A DNA stretch of 39,408 nucleotides. Origin: an uncultured Weeksellaceae bacterium. GTDB taxonomy: Bacteria; Bacteroidota; Bacteroidia; Flavobacteriales; BACL11. The notes under the pieces were generated by a model that was given only the letters and a program-made list of their open reading frames with translations, searched no databases and was not told the DNA's origin. Numbering within the stretch: the stretch's first letter is position 1; each line of letters starts with the position of its first letter. The translations under genes and the position numbers were made by a program. Positions 16,222-26,463 of the stretch are shown here, piece after piece. The stretch is from positions 1-39,408 of the forward strand of contig CAYZIA010000003.1 of NCBI GenBank assembly GCA_964478325.1. The letters run 5' to 3'.

Positions 16222-18780
16222 ATGAAAAATATATTATGGTTGTTTAGTTCTATTCTTTTTGCTAATTTGTCTTTTGCCCAAATTTGGGAAAAACAACTGT
16301 TACTACAAAATGAAAATGCTACACTTGCTGATAAAATCTCGGCTTTTGAAGATTACAAATCCAAAAACCCCTATATAAAAGGGAATGGCTACAAACCCTA
16401 CGCTCGTTCCTTGTACTTTTTAGAAAAAAGAATGCCAGAAAATGATATTTTTCCTTCTTCTGCTTTATTTTTAGAATGGGAAAAAGAAAAAGAAAAAATG
16501 ATGAATTCTAAAATTTCTTCCTCATCGAATTGGCATCCTTTAGGCCCTTTTGACACTCCAATTATTTTATCTAATGGGAAAAAGAGGGGAAACGGAAGAG
16601 TAAATGCTATTGCTTTTGATCCTTTTGATCCTAATATTATTTGGATTGGGTCACCTGGTGGCGGACTTTGGAAAACTACAGATGGAGGAAGTAATTGGAC
16701 TACCAATACTGATAATTTGCCAGTTATGGGCATTTCTTCTATTGTAATACACCCTGTGAATAATCAAATAATGTACATTGCTACTGGAGATGGAGATGGT
16801 GCTGATACATATAGTATTGGAGTTTTGAAAAGTACCGATGGAGGAAATACATGGAATACAACTGGTCTTAGTTATGGAGTTAATCAGAGTAAAAGAATCA
16901 ATAAGCTAATTATGAATCCTAATTTCCCTGATAGCTTGGTGGCAGCTACAAATAATGGAATTACTATTAGCCCAGACGGAGGAACAACATGGAATAGTAC
17001 TCTTACAGGAAGGATGAGGGACGTGGAATTTAAACCAAATAATCCTTCTGTAATTTATGCTGCATTGGATGCTTCAAGTGGAGCTTCTAAAATTTACAGA
17101 ACAACAAATGGGGGGGCTGGATGGACAATATTGGGTGGTGGTTTGCCTACTGGTGGTTTAGATAGAATTTTACTTGGTGTCACAAAAAATAATCCGGATG
17201 TTATATATGCCCTTATTGCAAATTCAGATGCTGGTTTTTATGGTTTTTATAAATCAGTAGACATGGGAGATACTTGGTCTACACAGTTTGACTGCCCTGA
17301 TTATAATACTGGTTGCAATATTTTAGGAAGAAAGACAGATGGAACTTCTGAAGGAGGGCAGTCTTGGTACGATATGAGTTTAGCAATTTCTCCTAATGAC
17401 GAAAATATTATTTACGCTGGGGGAATAGCTCTATGGGAATCTAGTGACGGAGGACAGAGCTGGAATATTGAAGCAAGTAGTGGCAGTGGTAGTTACGCTT
17501 ATATGCATGTAGATCAACACGCATTGGAATACAATCCAATTAATGATGTTTTATATGCAGGAAATGATGGTGGTTTTTACAAATATGTTGATTTCTTAAA
17601 TGACTGGATTGATCTTAGTGATGGTCTAGAAATTTCTCAGTTTTATCGTTTAGGTATATCAAAAAGCAATAGTGATATTTTAGTAGCTGGAGCGCAAGAT
17701 AATGGAACTGAAAGACTTTCGTCTTCTGGCTGGGATGCAATAAGGGGTTCTGATGGGATGGAATGTATTATTGACCCTTACGATCCTGATATTATATACT
17801 CTTCTTCTCAATACGGAGGTCTTAAAATAACTTATGATGGAGGCAATAATTGGTCAAACTTTAAACCTGTTTCTTATGATGGTAGCTGGGTTACACCCTA
17901 CAAAATGCATCCATTAAATAACAATATGGTTGTTGCTGGTTATGATGAGGTTTATTGCACAAAAACTGGTGGCGCTTTTTGGGATTCTATTTCTAACAAT
18001 CAGATGGGTTCCGTGAAGATAATTGCTTTGGCTCCATCTGATCAAGATGTAATTTATGCCGCTACTTACGCAACATTATATGTAACTTTTAATGGGGGGG
18101 TTAGTTGGAATAGGATTGATAATGGCCTCCCAAACTCTATTTCTGATGTTACTGTTTCGGCAAATGACCCTAATTGGGCTTGGGTTACTTGTTCAAATTA
18201 TACTGCTGGGAATAAGGTATATGAATCAACAGATGGAGGGAATACATGGTTAAATATTTCTGGCTCAAACTTGCCAAATCTACCTGTAAATTGTATCGTT
18301 TTTCAAGATTTAACTAATGATGATTTGTATATTGGAACAGATGTCGGAATATATCATAAAGATAATGGTATGAGTGATTGGCAACCATTTATGACAGGAC
18401 TTCCAAATGTGCAAGTGGATGAACTAGAGATTCACTATGGAGCAGGAAAAATTAGAGCTGCAACTTATGGTAGGGGAATTTGGGAAAGTGTTTTGCACTC
18501 TCAACCAAATGGAATTACAAACGATTTTATCTCTTATGTAAATGCTTATCCGAATCCTGCAAAAAATTATTTTATTTTAAGAACCCCTGAAAATGCTATA
18601 AATAAAACTCTTATTTTGACTATTTATAATTTAGCTGGTCAAGTTGTTTTATCTGAAAAAATCGAAGCCTCCAATCAATTTATTGATATTTCTAAATTAC
18701 ATTCTGCTTATTACATTTATGAAATAAGTGGTGTTGGGATTAGAACAGCAAGGAACAAATTGATTGTCCTTCCAAATTAA
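16222..18780 (+). CDS. Asp-box (BNR/VPS10/sialidase-like) beta-propeller protein, T9SS type A cargo
   Basis: About 10 Asp-box repeats (e.g. KTTDGGSNW, KSTDGGNTW, ESSDGGQSW), HVDQH, GAQDNGT, ATYGRGIW and CTD AYPNPA...IYNLAGQ...KLIV. Confidence 0.88.
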   Translation: MKNILWLFSSILFANLSFAQIWEKQLLLQNENATLADKISAFEDYKSKNPYIKGNGYKPYARSLYFLEKRMPENDIFPSSALFLEWEKEKEKMMNSKISSSSNWHPLGPFDTPIILSNGKKRGNGRVNAIAFDPFDPNIIWIGSPGGGLWKTTDGGSNWTTNTDNLPVMGISSIVIHPVNNQIMYIATGDGDGADTYSIGVLKSTDGGNTWNTTGLSYGVNQSKRINKLIMNPNFPDSLVAATNNGITISPDGGTTWNSTLTGRMRDVEFKPNNPSVIYAALDASSGASKIYRTTNGGAGWTILGGGLPTGGLDRILLGVTKNNPDVIYALIANSDAGFYGFYKSVDMGDTWSTQFDCPDYNTGCNILGRKTDGTSEGGQSWYDMSLAISPNDENIIYAGGIALWESSDGGQSWNIEASSGSGSYAYMHVDQHALEYNPINDVLYAGNDGGFYKYVDFLNDWIDLSDGLEISQFYRLGISKSNSDILVAGAQDNGTERLSSSGWDAIRGSDGMECIIDPYDPDIIYSSSQYGGLKITYDGGNNWSNFKPVSYDGSWVTPYKMHPLNNNMVVAGYDEVYCTKTGGAFWDSISNNQMGSVKIIALAPSDQDVIYAATYATLYVTFNGGVSWNRIDNGLPNSISDVTVSANDPNWAWVTCSNYTAGNKVYESTDGGNTWLNISGSNLPNLPVNCIVFQDLTNDDLYIGTDVGIYHKDNGMSDWQPFMTGLPNVQVDELEIHYGAGKIRAATYGRGIWESVLHSQPNGITNDFISYVNAYPNPAKNYFILRTPENAINKTLILTIYNLAGQVVLSEKIEASNQFIDISKLHSAYYIYEISGVGIRTARNKLIVLPN

Positions 18781-19670
18781 AGAAGAGCTTCCATCTCTAT
18801 CATAAAATGTTTTTTTGGTTTTCCTGGGGCAAAAACTATTCCAATTGAGACAATTATTTCTCCTTCATTTTTCTTGTGGATTTTCATTAAAAAAGGACCC
18901 CCCATAAATTCTTGATTCATTTTCCAAAGGCCTCTATAAGTGTTATTTGAAACTTCTAGCGGAAACCTCTTTTCTATTTGAACAAAATTATTTGCCCTAT
19001 TTCCTTTTAATGTTCTTTCTAAAACAGAATCTATTTTGTTTATCAGATCCTCTTGAAAATTTATTTCATTCACCTCTAAGTTAAAAACTATAATTTGTTT
19101 TATTAAATCACTTTTTTGAGGATTAAATGTGGCCCAAAAAATATTTGTGCTATCAATAATAATTGTGTATTCAGAAGGAATCTTTACATGAATCCCAAAA
19201 TTGTTTTTTATGTTTTGATTTTTTTTCGTGAATTTTTCTGCTAATCTATTAAGTTGACTTTGATAAAAAATATCCCTATACCTTTTACACTCTTTTAAAA
19301 ATTCTTTCTCGTTGTCTTGATTATTCCATTGCATCCCAATTATCAATTGCGGCCTTGCCCATAAATCTTTTGTTGGCCCTTGTTTTTGTGTTTCAGAGAT
19401 TAAAATTATGTTTTGGTGCGTTTTGAATATAGTAGAAAAATCGGCAGGATTTATTTTGATGATATTAAAAAATGATTCGGATTGTTGTAAGCCAGGATAA
19501 TCTTCTGTAAAAATTTCTTTAATCGCTTTTGAAGGATATTTATCCCAAATTGCATCTGAAATAACTAAAACAATTTCGTTTCCTGAACCTGTTGATTTTG
19601 GGAGCGTCTTTCTCGCTTCATTACAAGAAAGTAGAAAAAGAAAAGAAAAAGCAAAAAGTAGATTTCGCAT
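18777..19670 (-). CDS. DUF4837-like lipoprotein
   Basis: Lipobox LLSC, LPKSTG..NEI, PGLQQSE, DLWARPQ, RGLW and MGGPF. Adjacent to mltD, as is usual in Bacteroidota. Confidence 0.75.
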   Translation of the reverse strand: MRNLLFAFSFLFLLSCNEARKTLPKSTGSGNEIVLVISDAIWDKYPSKAIKEIFTEDYPGLQQSESFFNIIKINPADFSTIFKTHQNIILISETQKQGPTKDLWARPQLIIGMQWNNQDNEKEFLKECKRYRDIFYQSQLNRLAEKFTKKNQNIKNNFGIHVKIPSEYTIIIDSTNIFWATFNPQKSDLIKQIIVFNLEVNEINFQEDLINKIDSVLERTLKGNRANNFVQIEKRFPLEVSNNTYRGLWKMNQEFMGGPFLMKIHKKNEGEIIVSIGIVFAPGKPKKHFMIEMEALL

Positions 19671-19674
19671 TATA

Positions 19675-20988
19675 TTATCCCGTAGGAAGAAGTATCTTTT
19701 CGCCTGGTTTTAATTGATTAGGGTTTAAATTGTTATGCTTGATTAATTCGTCAACACTTATCCCTTCATATTTATTTGCTATATCCCAAAGTGTATCCCC
19801 TTGCTTTATTATATAAACAGGATTCTCAATCTTTTTTTGCTCAGTTGTTTTAAAATCGTCTTTTATAAATAATACCAACTTTTTGCCAATCGAAAGATTG
19901 TCATTTTTTAATTTATTCCATTTTCTAATGTCTGTGATGGACATCCCGTTTTCTTTGGCTATTTTCCCTAAATAGTCTCCAGATTTTACTACATATACCA
20001 ATCTGCTTTCATTTAGTAAAATTTCTTTTTGCTTTACTGCCTCAACAAATGTATATATTGCTTGCTCGTTAATCACAAAATCTAACATAACATTTTTTGG
20101 GAGTGTTATATTGGTGTTTTTTGGAAAAATCTTTTTGGTAATGCTTGGATTTAATTGAGCTATTGTTTCTTTTGGAAGACAAATAAGTTCAGATAGGACA
20201 GAAAAATCCATTTGCATTTTAAGGGTGATGGTATCGGTTTCAATCATTGGATTTTCTAGCGTTTGAATTTCAATTCCATATTCTTTATAATAATTCATTA
20301 CATAATTTACAGCGACAAATGCCGGAACATATCCTCTTGTTTCCCTTCTTAAATAGGGACGTAATTCCCAATAATCATATAGTCCCGTTTTAGTCATAAG
20401 CCTTGTTAAATAGCCAGGCCCGCCATTATATGCTGCCAAAACCAAATTCCAGTCACCAAACATTTCATAAAGCTTTGCAAAATACTGACAAGCTGCCTCA
20501 GTTGACTTTAAAGGATCTTGTCTTTCGTCAAAATAAGAGGTGACATTTAAGTTATATTGTTTACCTGTAGTATACATAAATTGCCACAATCCCCTTGCCC
20601 CAGAACGAGAACGAGCTCTTGGGTTCAATGCTGATTCTACAATTGCTAAATATTTAAACTCTAATGGGATATCATATTTGTCCAGGAATGCTTCAAACAT
20701 AGGGAAATACTTTGGTGCCAAACACAACATTCTAGATACCAATTTTTTATTTCTACCTAAGTAAGCATTAATCGAATTTTCAACATAGGAATTATAAACC
20801 AAATCAATCGGACTTTTTTCATTTAAAATTTTAAGGCGTTTTTCTATTACGTTTTCCTCTTTTTCTTCTAACGAAAGTTCAATCTCTTTTTTAAAATTTG
20901 TACTATCAGAAGAGACGGCTAAGGAATTGCCAGCAAAAGCAAATTGAAATAACAAAACTGATAATATAATTAGTATTATTTTTTTCAT
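19675..20988 (-). CDS. mltD: Lytic murein transglycosylase with two LysM domains (MltD-like)
   Basis: LAIVESAL catalytic Glu, GLWQFM, AAYNGGPG, ETRGYV and LysM motifs VKSGDYL and IKQGDTLW. Start at ATG 20988 gives a clean signal peptide. Confidence 0.9.
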   Translation of the reverse strand: MKKIILIILSVLLFQFAFAGNSLAVSSDSTNFKKEIELSLEEKEENVIEKRLKILNEKSPIDLVYNSYVENSINAYLGRNKKLVSRMLCLAPKYFPMFEAFLDKYDIPLEFKYLAIVESALNPRARSRSGARGLWQFMYTTGKQYNLNVTSYFDERQDPLKSTEAACQYFAKLYEMFGDWNLVLAAYNGGPGYLTRLMTKTGLYDYWELRPYLRRETRGYVPAFVAVNYVMNYYKEYGIEIQTLENPMIETDTITLKMQMDFSVLSELICLPKETIAQLNPSITKKIFPKNTNITLPKNVMLDFVINEQAIYTFVEAVKQKEILLNESRLVYVVKSGDYLGKIAKENGMSITDIRKWNKLKNDNLSIGKKLVLFIKDDFKTTEQKKIENPVYIIKQGDTLWDIANKYEGISVDELIKHNNLNPNQLKPGEKILLPTG

Positions 20989-21060
20989 TGCAAATCTAAT
21001 CAAAGAACAAAGCTCGGAAATATCTTATTGAACTTCTAGGCGTTTCTTTGTAGTTTTTAA

Positions 21061-22488
21061 CTACAAACTGTTGATTAGATTGTGTGAAAAGGCTAAAAGT
21101 TCAGCTTCATGAAATGGCTTGCTCATAAGCTGTATGCCAAATGGCATGTCCTCTTGATCCTTTGCAATAGGCAATGAAATAGCTGGATTCCCACTTAAAT
21201 TTGCCAAAACAGTATAAATATCTTCTAAATACATAGCAATAGGATTTTTCTTTTTCTGACCTAATTCAAATGCAGAATGAGGAGTGGTTGGGCTTAAAAT
21301 AAAATCATATTCCTTTAAAATTTCATTGGTTTTATTTTGAATCAGTCGCCTCATTTTTTGTGCTTTTGTATAATAAGCATCCTGATAGCCAGCGCTTAGA
21401 ACAAAAGTGCCAAGCATAATTCTTCTCTTTACCTCTTTACCAAACCCTTGAGTTCTTGTTTTACTATATGTAGTTTCGGAACTATTTGCATCAGCACTTC
21501 TAAAACCATAGTGTACGCCATCAAATCGTGCTAAATTAGAAGATGCCTCAGCTGTGGAAATTAAATAATACGTCGGCACTAAATAATCCAAATAAGGAAA
21601 GGAAACTGCCTCCACTAAATGTCCATTATTTTTTAATTGTTGAATTTGATTTTCTATTGCAGATTTTACATTTGTTTCCAGTGCCTCATTTTCCAAATAT
21701 TCTGGGAAATAGGCAATTCGCTTCAAAGTTTTTTTATCCTCTAAAATTTGGCTATACTTTTCTACTTTTTTAGTAGAGACCGTACTATCAAAATCATCTT
21801 CACCTGCAATTACTTCTAATATAATTGCAGCATCTTCTACTGTATTTGTAATTGGTCCTATTTGATCAAATGATGAAGCAAAAGCAATAAGGCCAAACCT
21901 TGATACTCTGGAATAAGTTGGTTTTAATCCAACATTCCCACAAAAAGATGCTGGCTGTCTGATAGAGCCACCCGTATCACTTCCAAGTGCTGCCAAACAA
22001 AGATTTGCTGCTACTGCAGTTGCTGCTCCTCCCGAAGAACCGCCACTTACCTTTGTATTATCAATTGGGTTTTTACATGGTCCATAAACTGAATTTTCAT
22101 TTGCACTTCCCATTCCAAATTCGTCACAATTTAATCTGCCAATAATTATTGCGTCTTCCGCCAACAACCTATCAACTACTGTTGCACTATAAAGCGATTC
22201 AAATCCTTCTAATAGTTTGGAAGCAGCTCCTGATTTATGATTTTTGTAGCAAATATTATCTTTAATGCCAATTGCCATTCCTGCTAATTTTCCTGCAGTT
22301 CCTTTTGCTATTTTGATGTCAATTTTTTTTGCTGTTTGTAATGCCTCTTCATCAAAAACTTCAATAAAAGCATTTAAGGACTTATTGTCTTCAATATTTT
22401 TAATGTACGATTGGATTAAGCTATGACAAGTAGTTTCACCAACTTTTATAGCATTTTTTATGCTATTTAAAGAGCGATAAGTATTCAA
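21061..22488 (-). CDS. gatA: Asp/Glu-tRNA amidotransferase subunit A
   Basis: Amidase signature GIKDNI, GGSSGG and GSDTGGSIRQPA, plus GatA-specific EASSNLARFDG and GFGKEVKRRIMLG. TTG start. Confidence 0.95.
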   Translation of the reverse strand: MNTYRSLNSIKNAIKVGETTCHSLIQSYIKNIEDNKSLNAFIEVFDEEALQTAKKIDIKIAKGTAGKLAGMAIGIKDNICYKNHKSGAASKLLEGFESLYSATVVDRLLAEDAIIIGRLNCDEFGMGSANENSVYGPCKNPIDNTKVSGGSSGGAATAVAANLCLAALGSDTGGSIRQPASFCGNVGLKPTYSRVSRFGLIAFASSFDQIGPITNTVEDAAIILEVIAGEDDFDSTVSTKKVEKYSQILEDKKTLKRIAYFPEYLENEALETNVKSAIENQIQQLKNNGHLVEAVSFPYLDYLVPTYYLISTAEASSNLARFDGVHYGFRSADANSSETTYSKTRTQGFGKEVKRRIMLGTFVLSAGYQDAYYTKAQKMRRLIQNKTNEILKEYDFILSPTTPHSAFELGQKKKNPIAMYLEDIYTVLANLSGNPAISLPIAKDQEDMPFGIQLMSKPFHEAELLAFSHNLINSL

Positions 22489-22501
22489 TGGGTTGGCTTA
22501 A

Positions 22502-22681
22502 TTAATTATCTTCTTTATTTTCGTTTGACTCTTCTTTAGAAGCACTTTTAAATTCCTTTATCCCTTTTCCTAATCCTTTCATTAATTCTGGAATCTTTTT
22601 TCCCCCGAAAAGTAAAAGAATGACCAAGGCAATTATTAGCCATTCTGTTCCGCCCATTGTAAATAATAATATTGATTTCAT
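22502..22681 (-). CDS. tatA: Twin-arginine translocase TatA/TatE subunit (59 aa)
   Basis: Not in the ORF track. Manual translation: [59 protein letters not shown]. Confidence 0.95.
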   Translation of the reverse strand: MKSILLFTMGGTEWLIIALVILLLFGGKKIPELMKGLGKGIKEFKSASKEESNENKEDN

Positions 22682-22700
22682 AATTGGTTTGTTTAATTCA

Positions 22701-22708
22701 CAAAAATA
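22701..22708 (-). promoter_or_regulatory. -7 promoter element (TATTTTTG) for tatA-gatA
   Basis: Exact TAnnTTTG, about 20 nt upstream of the tatA ATG. Confidence 0.65.
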
Positions 22709-22720
22709 GTAATTTCTTTA

Positions 22721-23968
22721 TTAGTGAGCCTTATAAAGCCAATGGGAAGGGTTCTGTTTTTCATAATTTTTCCAAATCTCAAAATGAAGATGTGTTTTTT
22801 GATTGTTTTTATCTGTCATTACAGTCCCTATTTCTTGTTTAGAATATATTTTTTCTTCCATTTGAATGCTTACCTCTGTAAGACCAGAATATACGGTAAA
22901 ATACTCGCCATGATTTATCAAAATTACTTTCCCCTCTCCTTTAATGAAAAATATTCTGGATACTTTCCCATCAAAAACTGCCCTAACCTTTGCGCCTTTA
23001 TCAGTAGCAATATCTATACCATTATTGTAGATTTCTATGTTTTTGAAAACTTCATGTTGTTGTTTACCAAATCCTTGCACAATTATTCCTTTGTCAAGTG
23101 GCCAGGGAAGAGCTCCTTTATTTTCTAAAAAGTTATCTGAGATTCTTTTTGCTTCAGGTGTTAGAGTAAATCCTTCTTTTTTTTCTTTAGCCCTTTCTTT
23201 TTTTATTTCTTCTTCAATTATTTTTCTAATTTTTTCATCTAATTCTTTTGCAGCAAGCTGTTGTTTTTGTAATTCTTTTTTGAAACGACTTTCGGATTTT
23301 TTCAGCTTTTTAATCAGTGATTTTTTATCCGTTTTTTGCACTTCCAATTCTTTTACTTCTATCTCCTTAGATCCTATAAGTGCTTTTTTATTCTCTTTGT
23401 CTTTTTGTAAATTGATTTTCTGATTTTCCAAATCTGCTATCTCTTTTTTGAGCTCTTCTTCTGTCCTTATAATTATTTCTGCTTGTATTTTTCTATGCTG
23501 AGTATATTGCTTCAAATATTTAAGTCGTTTATATGCCTGATTAAAGCTTTTAGAAGAAAAAATGAAACCCCAGCTATCAAGAGAATGCTTATTCTTATAA
23601 GTGTAATAAATCATTTTTGCATAGTCTTCTTTCAATTTTATTAATTCCTTTTTTTTCTCTTCTATTATTTTGTGATTTTCAACTATTTTTATTGTGGTTT
23701 CCCCAATTTGCTTTTCAATAAAACTGATTTCAATATTTAGCATTTGTAAAAGTTCTTCTCTATTTTTTAATTGTGTACTTAGTACCTTTAAATATTCCAA
23801 AGACTTTTCCTTGTCCTTTTTTGTTTTCTTTAAAAGCTTATTAGTGTATTTTATGTCCTTGTCTATTTGCTCTCTTTTTTCTTGTAATGCTTTTTTGTTT
23901 TGTGAAAAAACAGGTATAGCAAATAAAATAATCGCTATAAATATAATCTGTTTACTGAGCTTCAGCAT
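22721..23968 (-). CDS. envC: Murein hydrolase activator EnvC-like (coiled coil plus degenerate M23 domain)
   Basis: Signal peptide, long coiled coil, KGALPWP, NNGIDI and LHFEIW. Several M23 zinc/catalytic His residues are absent. Confidence 0.85.
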   Translation of the reverse strand: MLKLSKQIIFIAIILFAIPVFSQNKKALQEKREQIDKDIKYTNKLLKKTKKDKEKSLEYLKVLSTQLKNREELLQMLNIEISFIEKQIGETTIKIVENHKIIEEKKKELIKLKEDYAKMIYYTYKNKHSLDSWGFIFSSKSFNQAYKRLKYLKQYTQHRKIQAEIIIRTEEELKKEIADLENQKINLQKDKENKKALIGSKEIEVKELEVQKTDKKSLIKKLKKSESRFKKELQKQQLAAKELDEKIRKIIEEEIKKERAKEKKEGFTLTPEAKRISDNFLENKGALPWPLDKGIIVQGFGKQQHEVFKNIEIYNNGIDIATDKGAKVRAVFDGKVSRIFFIKGEGKVILINHGEYFTVYSGLTEVSIQMEEKIYSKQEIGTVMTDKNNQKTHLHFEIWKNYEKQNPSHWLYKAH

Positions 23969-24713
23969 AGCTTTTTGGAATAGAAAAATGCATTTTTAAT
24001 TTTTTGTTCGTTTTGATTTTAGAATGAGTAAGTTTGACTAAAAAATTATCTCTTGCTCGTACATCAAGTAATACATTTTTAGGAATGAGAAAGTTTGTTT
24101 TTGTAAGAACATAATTAGTTAGATTAAATTTAAAGTGTTCATCTTTATTTTTAAAATAGCTCCCTTCAATAATTCTAAAGCTCTCTTTATCTATATTAAA
24201 TGAAATTGCTCCTTTTGTTTTATTTTTTGCAGAAATTATATATTCTTTTTCGGTTTTTAAGAAACTATACTTACCTTTTTTGATATTAGGGGTTCCAAAA
24301 AACATTTTTTGAATTTGCTGAAAAGATATTTCTGTTTTTATCTGCTGACGAAGATAAGAAATTGGCTGTTTTCTAAAGGTAGATTTTGAGATGTTCATAT
24401 AAAATATACTGTCAGGAGTTAGCACAACTCTAAAAAGCTCTATACCAAAAGGCCCACTAGCTGACATCCAAATAGCACTATCTCTTCTGATACGAATATC
24501 AGTTGAAAAGTTTATTTTTTGTCCTTGTTTTTCTAAGTGTATTTTCCCTTTAAGCGATAGCCAGTCTGGGGATTTATCATTGGCAACCACTATACTAATA
24601 AGAGTTTTTGCAGAATTTAGTGGTGTAGTAATATTATTTATCGTTCTTCTTTTTACATTACATGCTATAATGAAAAAAATCCCTAAAATCAGAAATATCG
24701 ATTGTTTATTCAT
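23952..24713 (-). CDS. DUF4292-like lipoprotein (possible LolB-like)
   Basis: Lipobox IIAC, IRIRRDSAIWMS...FGIELFRVVLTPDSI and C-terminal FSIPKSY. Confidence 0.75.
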   Translation of the reverse strand: MNKQSIFLILGIFFIIACNVKRRTINNITTPLNSAKTLISIVVANDKSPDWLSLKGKIHLEKQGQKINFSTDIRIRRDSAIWMSASGPFGIELFRVVLTPDSIFYMNISKSTFRKQPISYLRQQIKTEISFQQIQKMFFGTPNIKKGKYSFLKTEKEYIISAKNKTKGAISFNIDKESFRIIEGSYFKNKDEHFKFNLTNYVLTKTNFLIPKNVLLDVRARDNFLVKLTHSKIKTNKKLKMHFSIPKSYAEAQ

Positions 24714-26460
24714 AAAGCATTTTTTCAGCTATTTTTTTATCTAAAAATTTTGATCCCTTTCCCAACTCTTTTGCTTTTTCCCAAAAAATAAGAGCTTGAA
24801 TTTTATCCCCCAATTTGAAATAAATATCTCCAAAATGCTCAGTAATTACTGGGCTATTTTTACCCCCATTTTCATATGCTTTTTCAAGCCATATTTTTGC
24901 TTGTTTGTATTCTTTTTTTTGATATAAAATCCAAGCATAAGTATCTTGAAACGAGGCATTATCTGGGGATAATTCATTGCTTCTTTTAGACATCTCAATT
25001 GCTCTATCTAAATTATGATTTCTAAGAGAAAGATAATAGCTAAAATTATTTAATACTTGCACATTGTCTGGCTCAATAGCAAGTGCTAAATTATAAAGTG
25101 AATCAGATTTTTGATGCTCATTTAAAGAATGATAGTTATCTCCAAGCGTGGAGTAAAATTGTACTAAAAGAGCATTGTTTTCTACAAGAAATTCTAAGCC
25201 CATTTCAAGAGAAATTATTGCTTTTTTATGGTTTTCAATTTGAGAATTGGCTATCCCATTGAAAAAATAATAAACTGGATTTGTTGGAAAAAGTTGGAAG
25301 GCTTTTTCACTATCTCTTTCCAGCTCTTTATAATTGCCAAGTTCCGATTCTATAAATAATAATTGGCTCCAAACTTGAGGTTTATTTTCGTCCAGCTCAA
25401 TCACTTTTTTATATTGTATTTTTGCTTTTTTGTTTTGGCCATTCTGATATAAAAAGTCCCCATAAATAGCATGTGCTATTGGATTTCTTTTATGTATTTC
25501 TACCAAAATTTCGCAAAGCTCCATCGCTTGATTTTTCATTTGCTCTGAAAAATCAGCCAAAGGATAATATGAAATAAGTATACTTACCTTTGTCTCAACA
25601 GAAAGTTTAATGCTTGAAAATGCAGCTTTTAGCTGTTTGTATGACTCTTCATTATTACCTTCTTCTCTGTAATAATCTGCTAAAGTTAAATGAATTTTAG
25701 CATTTTCAGGATCGAGCTGCAAAATCTTTTTAAATACCTCAAAAGCTTTTTCTTTTTCGTTATTTAAAAGATATAATTCAGATAAAGTTTCGTAAGCATT
25801 AATATCATTTTGGTTTATTTTAATTAGCTTTTTAATTTCAGAAATAGCTCCTTCTAAATCATTTTTTTCTAGATATAATTTCTGTTTTTGAATGATGATA
25901 TTTTTATCTAGTCCTTTATGTTTTTCTAATTGATTATAAATTTTGATTGCCTCTAGAAATTTCCTAGAGTAAATATAGTTGTCTGCCAATAAATAATAAT
26001 ATTCCTCATTTCCAGGGCTTTTTTTTATCATTTGCTTGTAGATAATAGCAGCTTTTACGTTCTGCCCACTGATAGCTAAAAGCTCAGCATAAAGCAATTG
26101 ATACCAAATATTTTCTTTATTTAAATAGTATGCTTTTTTGGAGAACTCTAAAGCTGATTCGGGTTGTAAAAATTTTTGGCAAATGATAGCTGATTCATAA
26201 AATGGCACAGAATTTTCTGGAATTATACTAATACATTTTTCAAATTCTAAAAGAGCTTCTTCATATTTTTCTAAGGATTTTAAGCTAAGAGCATTATAAA
26301 AATGAGTATTAAATTTGAATTTAGCGTTGTCCTCTTCACTATTTTTATTTTTCTCTTTTTTAGAAGTTTTTCTTTTTGTCCCTTCTGGATAATAGCTTTC
26401 CCATTGCGCAAAAGTTTGTATGCTTAAAAAGCATAATATAATCAAAATCCTCTTGTTCAT
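24706..26460 (-). CDS. Exported tetratricopeptide repeat protein
   Basis: Signal peptide, many TPR helices and C-terminal VLNNFSYYLS...DTYAWIL...EHFGD. Confidence 0.88.
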   Translation of the reverse strand: MNKRILIILCFLSIQTFAQWESYYPEGTKRKTSKKEKNKNSEEDNAKFKFNTHFYNALSLKSLEKYEEALLEFEKCISIIPENSVPFYESAIICQKFLQPESALEFSKKAYYLNKENIWYQLLYAELLAISGQNVKAAIIYKQMIKKSPGNEEYYYLLADNYIYSRKFLEAIKIYNQLEKHKGLDKNIIIQKQKLYLEKNDLEGAISEIKKLIKINQNDINAYETLSELYLLNNEKEKAFEVFKKILQLDPENAKIHLTLADYYREEGNNEESYKQLKAAFSSIKLSVETKVSILISYYPLADFSEQMKNQAMELCEILVEIHKRNPIAHAIYGDFLYQNGQNKKAKIQYKKVIELDENKPQVWSQLLFIESELGNYKELERDSEKAFQLFPTNPVYYFFNGIANSQIENHKKAIISLEMGLEFLVENNALLVQFYSTLGDNYHSLNEHQKSDSLYNLALAIEPDNVQVLNNFSYYLSLRNHNLDRAIEMSKRSNELSPDNASFQDTYAWILYQKKEYKQAKIWLEKAYENGGKNSPVITEHFGDIYFKLGDKIQALIFWEKAKELGKGSKFLDKKIAEKMLYE

Positions 26461-26463
26461 TTA

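Noticed and set aside
17110-18100. G7 tracts (17110-17116, 18094-18100) as phase-variation sites
   Set aside because: They are short, encode the Gly-Gly of Asp-box repeats, and the frame is intact.
20991-20998. TAGATTTG promoter-like element before mltD
   Set aside because: It lies only 2 nt from the preferred ATG, too close for the transcript to include the start codon. Left uncalled.
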